The notes under the pieces: model-generated
What the model was told of the DNA's origin: nothing
The model's input: only the letters and a program-made list of their open reading frames with translations
The model's database searches: none
Source: Phoronis australis
Taxonomy: Eukaryota; Animalia; Phoronida
Length of the DNA: 64,000 bases
NCBI GenBank assembly: GCA_002633005.1
Contig: NMRA01000319.1
Location: forward strand, 413,546-477,545
Direction of reading: 5' to 3'
Made by a program: the position numbers and the translations under genes
Shown: positions 50,401-58,793 of the stretch, piece by piece
How positions within the stretch are numbered: the first letter of the stretch is position 1
Layout of the letters: each line of letters begins with the position of its first letter

Positions 50401-53400
50401 GCAACTGCATCAACTCAGTAGCTGGTCTACTGAAGCTGTTCTTCCGTGAGCTGCGGGAGCCTCTCTTTCCTCTTCAGCTGTTCGACGCGCTCATAGACTG
50501 TAGTCGTAAGTGTTTGTAGGCACTTTCCATGCAGTGTAGGTAAAGAGATGATAATTGGGCAAAATGACTGGAAATTACCCGCCACGGTGACTCGGAGCGA
50601 GCCGAATTTCCTGTTAGTTTGGTTGGAATGATGAGTCTTGACGTGTCGTTACTGGTGATGATGCAGTAATGGAATTTTGCTTGATGGTTTCTGGGTAGTA
50701 ATAGTAGTTGCACAATGATTGGCTGCCAACGAAGGGTACATGGGGCTATAAAACAGTGATACTGTATTAAAAATGTAGAATTGATTAAACACACAACACT
50801 TTTCGTTATTGACAGTCTTTATTCTGTTTCGTGAACATGTTCAAAACATTGATGAAGTAACTGACCAAGAGACATGATTAAAAGGTACACAATATTTTGA
50901 AAGTACAACGTACTTGTTTCATTCTCAAGTGGAAATAAAATGACGCAGTAATGCCACCACAGAGCATAAGCTAATGACACACACAGTGGGACACGGCGGG
51001 TGTGAAATACTGCAAAGAATGACTAACGAAGGGGGGTAACAGGAAAGTCACGCAAATAAGTGTAACATGTATCACGACCCTGTTCACTGCTCATTCAAAA
51101 CAGGCTTCTCAAATGCTATCAAAAGGGTCTTCAATACTTTCAATCGCAGCCTATCGTGCTCTACGTAACGAATTGATATGTTTTAAAAATGTGCAAAACT
51201 TACCCGAGTTAGCGCCTAATCAGAAAACAATTGTCCGATTAAGTGTGAACAGATGGGCCGTGAGAATATTAAACCTGGATGGCATGGTCCTGCATACCAG
51301 GCAGCGCTTTGTGTAGTGCCGTCAGGTCTCTGATTGAGATTTGGTTTTGATCACTTGTAAAATTTGGACTTAGCTCTCTTTTCGCATGATTTTCAAATTT
51401 GAAGCAGTTGATGATTGCTTCTAATGTCATCAACCTCTAGCTAAAAATCTTGTGTGACATAGACTGTAGCCAAGGCAATTTGTATTTGTTTCTTTAAATA
51501 GAATTTATGCCATCCATTCTTGGTCTGGACCAAACCATGTTTTAAATTCAGTCCTGTTAGAGGGCGCCATCAAGATGCAGCCTGACTACATTTTCCTGAA
51601 AGTTACTTCTAAACACTGCTGTGCCAATAACAGAGACTTAAACTTTGGGTTTATACTCTTGTTTTGTGTCTTGCAGAACTAGAAAACACAGAAGAATGCA
51701 TCGAGAGGTTACGAGAGCTCATTTCCTCACTACCCCGCACCATTGTAGTCGTCATGCGTTACCTGTTTGCCTTCCTCAACCAGTAAGTCCGAAAATAGAT
51801 ACTGCTGAAATAGATTGAATACAGGAAGTCAGAAAATAGATATTGCAGAAATGGATTGAATACAGGAAGTGAGGACATCCATTTAGCAATGTTTCGCCGG
51901 CATCTCATGGAAATTAGTTTAGCTGCTCTTAGTGAGACTTACCGGTAGGGCTTTGGTCAAGGAGCGCGGTTAATCCGCGATGGTTCTGTCACACAGTGAC
52001 AAGGTCACTTTTCCTACTGTTCAGTTGTCATTCAGTACCTTAGTCTGTGTGATAGAGGCCTGATGCTGAGGCCATGTAGTTTTACCACAAACTCTAGATG
52101 GTGCCATTTTAATTCCAATCAGTTTGTCTTCAGTCTATAAGAGATAGTGGCTATGTCTCATGGTTGCTTATTTGGTGGCCATGGTTGTAGCATTTGGTTT
52201 ATTCTGTATCTGCTGCTACTGTATGTCTCAAAACTTTGTGTGCATAACAGTAAGTCTGCGGTGATCACACGTGGTTCCCTATCAGGAAAAATATCTATGT
52301 CACATGATTGTGTTTGCAGCCTATCAGAGATAGTGACTCTGTCAGGTGTTACCTGTGCTAGCCTATCAGAGATAATGACTTGGTCACATGGCTGTGTTTG
52401 CAGCCTATCAGAGATATTGATATTGTGAGGTGTTAACTGTGCAGGCCTATCAGAGGTAATGACTACATCACCTGTCTATGTTTGCAGCCTATCAGAGATA
52501 TTGACAATGTCAGGTGGTTACCTGTGCTAGCCTATCAGAAATAATGACTATGTCACATGACTGTGTTTGCAGCCTATCAGAGATATTGACACTGTCAGGT
52601 GGCTACCTGTGCTAGCCTATCAGAAATAATGACTACGTCACATGACTGTTTGCAGCCTATCAGAGATATTGACACTGTCAGCTGGTTACTTGTGCTAGCC
52701 TATCAGAAATAATGACTACGTCACATGATTGTGTTTACAGCCTATCAGAGTTCAGTGATGAGAACATGATGGAGCCATACAATCTTGCAATCTGCTTTGG
52801 CCCCACATTGCTACCCATCCCCGCTGACAAGGACCAAGTGGCTTATCAGAACAACGTCAACGACTTGATTAAGTTCATCATAGTGCACCAGGAGGTGATC
52901 TTCCCACGTGATGGCGGCGAAGTCTACGAGAAGTGTATTATGGACGTCATGTAAGTTTAAGGGCATCTCCGAGAGGGGCCACTGGTCGTCGTTGCACTTT
53001 TTGTTCCTTCTTTTTCAAAGAGTGGTGTTTCGTTGAGAACACCAGCTGTTTCTTTGTAGTTTAGGTGCAGATTTTGAGAACCAGTTTCCTGTACTTAAAG
53101 ACAGCCATTAAACTGGTTCTCAAAATCCCGTGCCTCTGTTGCAAGCTTGATAACAAGAAAGGAGTGTTGGCCAGCAAGCATCAAGTCCCGACTGGAGTGG
53201 ACAGCTTGTCAAAATATTGAGCACGATGAGGGTCCCACGTGCATGCCACCTATTGGCCACATCACTACCTAATATCAGTCTGAAAAGATTTCTGTCCTGA
53301 CCAGGACTCGAACTCGGTCTCTTGAAGTGCCCGCCAGGTGGCGTGCAGACCAGTCTTAAAAAAATTTTCTATCTGTATTTTTACGTTGGTTTAAGATTAA

Positions 53401-56400
53401 CTTATTCATGTAGTTCCATTTTGCTTTTAGTTCACTGTCTTTTTTTCCTGTTTCAGCGATACTGGCGAAGTTTCAGATGATGAAGACGTGGCGAATTTGA
53501 GCGAGGATGGTAAGTTTATTTTGAAAGACATCGCTACAACCATACTGTGGGTGTGGTTGTTCCATGTAATCGCTTGGTGAATTAAATGCTGTTCTCATGC
53601 GAAAATTTAAGCTGTCATTCGAATAATAACTTTATAGCGACTTACAGTTACTGAGATTGAAACATGTGTGACTACATGTTAAGTATGTTCTGCTCTGATA
53701 ACAGTTAATTGATATATTCAATGGAGTTCTGGCTATATGGTGTTATCCATATGTGCCTTGAACAGGGTGTGGAAACAGTTCAGTGATCAGAGTGGCGTTC
53801 CTTCACGGCATAGTAATCGGAATGTGCAGACAGGTGTTTTGACTTTCGAGCTAAAATGTTGTCTACAGCTTGTCTGTTAAAATAGAGCATGTTCGATTTT
53901 GCTGCGGTTTTTGATCTACTTACCAATTTTGATATGCTCTGAAATTCTGAACTCATATACGAATTTCAGACCACTGTCAACTCTTACCAATTGTTGAATA
54001 TGCAGGCAATACAAAGTTGTTTATGTGTAATAGCAATGTGTAGACACACATTGTTTAAAAACCCTGGCAGGATCACTCCGTTCAGTGTCCAAACTATAAC
54101 CCCAAAGAGTTTGGGAAAAAGTTCTCGGGTCAGGACCAAAAGCACTACATCCTGAACATAGTAATTCAATGAGTTGTTTCTCTCCCTGTGAAATGGTCCT
54201 GGAATGTCACATTCCAACTTGTTCAACTTACCCGAGCTGTGCACAGCAAACTCATGGGCAGTTGTTTGTGTTGTTACCGTAGAAACCAGTCAAACCAGTG
54301 AGAGATCGAGTGTCAGTAAGTGAGGTGATGACAGCATGCCTGGTACAACTCTGTCTCGCAATCCCACAATGCACCTGTACTGACTAGTCTTCAGCACAGT
54401 CGATATCCTGTTCAAGAAAAGCAGCAGAAATGTTTACCATTTGACGTATCCAATGTTTACTAAATTGTTATGTCACTGAATTGTCTGCTGGGATCAGGCT
54501 AGATGGATGTTGAAGGTTGAAGACATCTGGCAGACAATGTGTTGTGGTATTGGGGAGTCTGGTCTGAGTGTTGCCATAAGAATGCGGACATTTTGTAGGC
54601 ATGTAAGCAATGTTGGGGTTTGCAGTTTATTTAGCAGTTGGATTTGATCGGCATATTGTCCCTGTTTGTCTAGTTACTGAGAAAGTAGTAATTTTCGTTC
54701 TTTGTAGTTTTTTGAGGTTTTTAATCCTAATGCATATTTCCGACACGCATCTTGGTCATAAATTCGTTATAAGTGTTGTACGCAAATCGAATAAAGGGGG
54801 CAACTCGCGTCATGTTGATCTACACCTCAGGGATATCCTTCGTTGTCCCTCTTAGCAGTCAAATTTTGACCCGCATAACTCTTCAAAATAAGGAAAATGA
54901 GAACAGAGGACAATTCCAACATTGAAAATAACTTCTCGAGTCAGTACCAGCATAATCGATACTCAGTTCATCGATATAACGACAGTCCGGTCGCCTGAAA
55001 AATCATCTCATCAGTGACAGGATGTTGCATGTTTCTCTAATCTCGAACAAAAAAAATAATGGAAAATACCAAGTTAACCTCACATCTAAGTATTGGCATC
55101 CTCACCATACCTAACATACTTTAAAGGGAACGTCTCCACTGGCAATATACCCATACCAGGTGGCAGCACATTCCCACTAACTCTTTCTATGGAAGGCCAT
55201 CAGGACCATAACCACCACTCCTGGACTGCTGTTGTTGCCTGCCCATCTTAGAAATGAACCCAGCATGTACCTACCTTACTTTATTAGATAAGAATGTCAG
55301 ATTATTATTAATTATTAATTATTGATGGTAAAATCAAACTAGTTTAGGACACAATAATGTGGACAAGTGAAATTTCATTTTCATATTTTTCATAAAAGAT
55401 AAGCAGCACCAAAATCTTGATGTAGCACTTTCATATTCTTCACCAAAACTACCATTGGACAATTTTTTTTGAAAAATTGTGGGCATTCACAACACTGTAC
55501 AATGTTAGAAGCCCTTGATTTAAAATGAAAATGGACAATTTTTGGAAGTTATTTATTTTTGAGATTGGTTAGATTTCACTGTTAGCTCTTCATTTGAGTA
55601 AGGTTGTGAATTTTGTGTAACTCCAGTCTTCGGTGTGTTATATTGCAGTAGAAAATTTTAAATTTTGTTTGTTTTTAAGGTATTTGATTGTGTCAAAACT
55701 TTTCTTTGATAGATGTTCTGCATAAAATTCTGACTAGTAAATCATAAAGTAGTTTTCATGTTATTTGAGTTCACTGAATTGCTGCTGACTTGTACCTGGA
55801 CTTAGAGTCATTGTTATGTGTTGGAAACTGATTGATTATGTCTTCATTAGGATGTAGCATGCATGTTATAGTTAGATCTAACCATAGGTTATAGACAACA
55901 TATTCGCAACTCCGACATTTTCTTGGGTAATATCCTAGAGGAGGTGCCACCCTCGAAACATAGCAAACTCAGCTTCCGGTTAGTGTATTGTGACTGGAAA
56001 TACTTGCATCTATTTTACTGTCCAGTATAATGAAAAATATAACAAATTCGGCATTGAAACGCTGTTCAAAGTCTTCTAATAGCAGAACTCTTGGTATTGG
56101 AATACTTTTGGCAATGCTACTATGCTACTGGTCATGCACCCAACCACACCACAGCCGACCATGATTAGCAGAGTGACAAAGTTCTTCCCAGATGTAAAAC
56201 GTGCTATGTCTGCCATGTGTCGCTAGTGAATAATGACGTCATGGCTTGTGCGTAAGATCACGGATTTCGTCTATTGAAAAAATTGAGTTGGCAGTTCATG
56301 TGCTATAGTGTATGGTCTTACTTAGTTCATGATTCAACAGTCTTGTTTATGATAATTCAAACATTGTAAATACAGTGAATTGGAATTCCACTTGCTGCTG

Positions 56401-58793
56401 TGAAGACAAAAATCAACAGAGGAACATTCTGAATTGACCAGTCTAAGAGACTGTCCAATAATTCTTCAGCCCTTTGAATCGTGCACAGTGCATTTCCCAC
56501 TAGTCGTATCAAGAATTAGCACTTTTCAAGACGTTGCGCTGTTGTCGTTAATGTCCCATCAGATTCGGATAGAAAAGAGTTGATTTACTGAAGGATGCCA
56601 ATGAAGCATGGCGTACATGAAGCGCTACGTGCTGAGTTAGCTGCTTCAAGTGTCAGTAAGCTAAATACTATAGCACGTCATGGCAGAGAAACGAGACACT
56701 TGAATACACTGATATAGTTAGCATATTTCTCTGATCTGTCTCCTTTCTCTGAGCGTAACTCAGCATTGACCTTATGTGCTTTATTCACTGACATTTGAGT
56801 CAGTTCGTGGAGTGCATAGTTCTTTGTCTGCGCCATACTTAACACACCATTTATTTTTGGATATTACTGGATGCATTCTCTTTCGCATTTTTTCAACGTT
56901 TTTTTCATCTGTATTGCTGTAAAAATATTCCACATGCTCTTGAATGAACAGTTTTGCCCATCTCAGACGTGAAGTTAATACATTTTCATCTCGTGGCTGA
57001 AGCTGCTGTTTGTGGGGTTGCTGTGTTATAAATTGTCAATATTTCTCAGAGTGCTTTTTGCTTGTTTTAAATAAAGACCATCTCACAATTATTTTTGGTA
57101 TAAATGAACTAATTATAGCAATAATGATAATACTTATAATCAATAATGCTCATATAATGTCTTGTTTGTAGAGTCTGACAACATGGATGCTGTGGCATTG
57201 TATGACTTTGAAGGTCGCACAGGTCGGGAGCTGTCATTCAAAAAGGGGGCGGTGCTTAGTGTCTTCGCGCAGGTCAACAATGACTGGTGGGAAGGGTCAT
57301 ACGATGGACGTGAGGGTCTGATTCCTGATGCTTATGTCACCCTCAAAGCAAAGTAAGTACCATGTCAAAAGTTCTAATGCTGGATTTACTACTCGTAAGT
57401 GAGATGGTGTAGGGGTGACTGCATACCATTGAACAAAATAAAAATATTCATTTAGTCCTTGGTTTACCCAGCACCCCAGCTAGTTCAACTTGAACCAGGA
57501 GGAAGGTTTTGTCTAAGCAGTGTGTAACACATTGCTGTGAAACTAGCACAAAGACATTATTTCAGGTGGCTGGCAAGGGGTGGCGAGAGGTAATTAGGGG
57601 AGGGGTGGAATTGGTTGCAGCCAGTAAGGAATTTTACCCTCGTTGGAAAATATCACCTATCTATCAGACGGAGGGATACCTTCTATTTTGAAATGAGGGG
57701 TGTTAGAACTTTTAACGCCAAACTTGTCCTAACTTAGTTGCAGATTTTCAGCCTCCAAAACCTCGCATAGCTTCACTTCTGTATTAAACACTTACCACTG
57801 CTGCACCGTTATGAAGCTGCTTGTACTCCTTAGTCTGACTGGCCTTTGTTCATCTTGCTTTCCAGAGAGGAGCCCAATCTGATGGGCTCGAGTATGACGT
57901 CATCCATCATTCCTGAGGTTGAGAATGTCAAGGCTGAAGACAAAGTGGAGAAACGTCTTTCGACCGAATCGCTGCCGGCAAAACCGTTCGCCCTCCATGA
58001 TCCCCAGCTGGAAAAGTCCTCCTCTCATCCCAATATATCCACCACGACCATCAGCACTGACAACACTTCAGAAGCAGAGGAGTTGCAGTCACCACCACCG
58101 CTGCCCCCTAGAGGCGCACCGTTTTCTAGTATGGACATGAGCACACAGGAACTGAACCAGGAGCTTGAGAGCGCTTTAGCGAGTGTAATGGAGGATCTGG
58201 AGTCGCTACAAACGTCGGCAGCCCAGCAACAACAGCAGGGCTACAGCAAGCCCAAATCAAAACCATTGCCGCCACACCCGAAACACACCCCAGATCTTGT
58301 GCTGGACTTGCCAGAGGGTAGCAATGACCAACAGAGCGACCCTGAAGACTCCGCGGTGATAAGTGGCGCAGAGACGTTTGCCAAGTCGAACCAGAGTACG
58401 ATGAAGAAGGCGTGCTCACTACCTCGGAGTACCACGCATTCGAGTGCATTCCGTCAAGGTCACGGTGGTGGTGGTGGCGACGAGACGGATAACGGCGGAC
58501 CGGGGCGTGGCATCAAGCGCAGCACCAGCACCAATGCCACCATGATGTCACGACACCACCTGACGCCTGGTGTAGAGCCGTCGGTACCAGAAGATGGTGG
58601 TGCTATGCAGGATGGCAACCGGTCGCCATCGGTGGAACAGCTGCGCCGTGCCATTGCGCCCGTGATGGAAGGGAAGTTGAATCCTCCGCTGAAGTTCCGA
58701 CCGCCAATCATGAAGAAGCCCACACGATCACCAGAACCAATGCCAAAACCTCAGACAGCTACAAAGAAAGGAGAAGGGTCTACAGCGCTATAG
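41311..58793 (+). CDS. SRGAP: SLIT-ROBO Rho GTPase-activating protein (srGAP family; F-BAR + RhoGAP + SH3), 18 coding exons traced, first exon(s) further upstream
   Basis: Join 41311-41494,42407-42572,43694-43756,44906-45058,45249-45377,45870-46091,46442-46543,47334-47501,48269-48375,48771-48873,49409-49469,49918-49995,50371-50505,51677-51782,52741-52950,53457-53509,57172-57352,57866-58793. All introns are GT-AG and phases are continuous. Motifs match vertebrate srGAP1-3 as recalled: LQDFFRRRAEIEMEYSRSLEKL, KARNEYL, KFEFQSHKGDE, GVFRVSG, MRYLFAFLNHLS, DENMMEPYNLAICFGPTL, ELSFKKG, DWWEG. Confidence 0.95.
42407..42572 (+). CDS. SRGAP: srGAP exon, F-BAR (REQWPQFSTY...RMYRK)
   Basis: attcag|ACGA...CAAG|gtgagt; 166 nt, phase 2 to 0. 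Confidence 0.93.
43694..43756 (+). CDS. SRGAP: srGAP exon, F-BAR (CREVAMESHEEIYKVLTELQS)
   Basis: ttccag|TGT...TCG|gtaagt; 63 nt; resembles srGAP HEDLMKVLNEL; not in the ORF track. Confidence 0.92.
44906..45058 (+). CDS. SRGAP: srGAP exon, F-BAR (ALKTYHIYHTESKQAENKLK...ETEK)
   Basis: ttgcag|GCA...AAG|gtgtgg; 153 nt; resembles MKTYHMYHAES. Confidence 0.92.
45249..45377 (+). CDS. SRGAP: srGAP exon, F-BAR (RQLKYQENK...KARNEYL...DLSDIID)
   Basis: ttccag|CGT...GAC|gtaagt; 129 nt. Confidence 0.94.
45870..46091 (+). CDS. SRGAP: srGAP exon, end of F-BAR (CMDHGYH...KFEFQSHKGDE)
   Basis: tttcag|TGC...GAG|gtgagc; 222 nt. Confidence 0.95.
46442..46543 (+). CDS. SRGAP: srGAP exon, FX coiled coil (ICQISAQKSVQDEL...LKLENDE)
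   Basis: tttcag|ATC...GAG|gtaaga; 102 nt; resembles VCQVSAQQPVQ...LKIENEE. Confidence 0.93.
46540..46605 (+). repeat. 38-bp-period duplication of a 5' splice junction
   Basis: tgaggtaagaccgtgaggctctacatgt versus tgaggaaagacagcgaggctctacatgt. Confidence 0.85.
47334..47501 (+). CDS. SRGAP: srGAP exon, FX region (TWKSFEEA...EDYYMK)
   Basis: tctcag|ACA...AAG|gtttgt; 168 nt. Confidence 0.92.
48269..48375 (+). CDS. SRGAP: srGAP exon (KFRAYIIQGD...KAIGDGAVSKSA)
   Basis: ttgcag|AAA...AG|gttcgt; 107 nt, phase 0 to 2. Confidence 0.88.
48771..48873 (+). CDS. SRGAP: srGAP exon, linker and start of RhoGAP (PPSLPPKPRKKR...KLFGGSLEEYIE)
   Basis: ttccag|A...GAG|gtaagg; 103 nt, phase 2 to 0. Confidence 0.93.
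49409..49469 (+). CDS. SRGAP: srGAP exon, RhoGAP (ATNQDIPPVIKSCVRVINLH)
   Basis: ttacag|GCG...CACG|gtaaat; 61 nt, phase 0 to 1. Confidence 0.93.
49918..49995 (+). CDS. SRGAP: srGAP exon, RhoGAP arginine finger (GMHHMGVFRVSG...AFEK)
   Basis: ttccag|GA...AAAG|gtaact; catalytic Arg of GxFRVSG is intact. Confidence 0.95.
50371..50505 (+). CDS. SRGAP: srGAP exon, RhoGAP (GEDPLVD...INSVAGLLKLFFRELREPLFP...)
   Basis: aactag|GC...AGTC|gtaagt; 135 nt, phase 1 to 1. Confidence 0.95.
51677..51782 (+). CDS. SRGAP: srGAP exon, RhoGAP (LENTEECIERLRELISSLPRTIVVVMRYLFAFLN)
   Basis: ttgcag|AA...CA|gtaagt; 106 nt, phase 1 to 2. Confidence 0.95.
51781..51870 (+). repeat. 41-bp tandem repeat (about 2.2 copies) starting at the 5' splice junction
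   Basis: ca(gt/gg)aagtc.gaaaatagata.tgc.gaaat.gattgaata starting at 51781, 51822 and 51863 (partial). Confidence 0.9.
52278..52750 (+). repeat. Tandem array of ~42-bp units (84-85 bp higher-order dimer) containing the 3' splice junction
   Basis: Eleven copies of cctatcaga at 40-43 bp spacing; the last copy is the true exon start at 52741. Confidence 0.95.
52741..52950 (+). CDS. SRGAP: srGAP exon, end of RhoGAP (LSEFSDENMMEPYNLAICFGPTL...YEKCIMDV)
   Basis: tttacag|C...AT|gtaagt; 210 nt, phase 2 to 2. Confidence 0.95.
53238..53362. mobile_element. Small TIR element; related ends at 61627-61672 and 62974-63020
   Basis: gcatgccacctattggccacatca...ccaggtggcgtgcagaccagtcttaa; other copies start ttaagtctggtctgca.gccacct.ttggccacatca. 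Confidence 0.65.
53457..53509 (+). CDS. SRGAP: srGAP exon, acidic linker (DTGEVSDDEDVANLSED)
   Basis: Strong pyrimidine tract, tttcag|C...GATG|gtaagt; 53 nt, phase 2 to 1, needed to keep frame into the SH3 exon. Confidence 0.88.
54283..54315 (+). CDS. Candidate 33-nt cassette microexon of srGAP (ETSQTSERSSV)
   Basis: gttgttaccgtag|AAACC...GTCA|gtaagt; symmetric phase 1-1, stop-free in the required frame. Confidence 0.5.
57172..57352 (+). CDS. SRGAP: srGAP exon, SH3 domain (AVALYDFEGRTGRELSFKKG...DWWEG...GLIPDAYV)
   Basis: ttgtag|AG...AA|gtaagt; canonical SH3 motifs ALYDF, WW, GLIP. Confidence 0.96.
57866..58793 (+). CDS. SRGAP: srGAP last coding exon; disordered Pro/Ser-rich tail with a short coiled coil and the HTPDLVLD motif
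   Basis: ttccag|A GAG GAG..., open to TAG at 58791-58793; QELESALASVMEDLESL and KHTPDLVLD resemble the conserved srGAP C-terminal motifs. Confidence 0.92.

Noticed and set aside
52147-52428. 93-aa ORF with repeated CSLSEI motifs
   Set aside because: By-product of the 42-bp repeat period; it ends in a stop and later units shift frame
52278-52750. CRISPR-like regular repeat array
   Set aside because: The intervening sequences are themselves repeated rather than unique spacers, the context is a spliceosomal intron, and no cas genes are present
57919-58723. Alternative-frame and antisense ORFs over the last exon (also 41132-41479, 42239-42481, 44888-45106)
   Set aside because: Shadows of GC-rich coding exons with no independent splice or homology support
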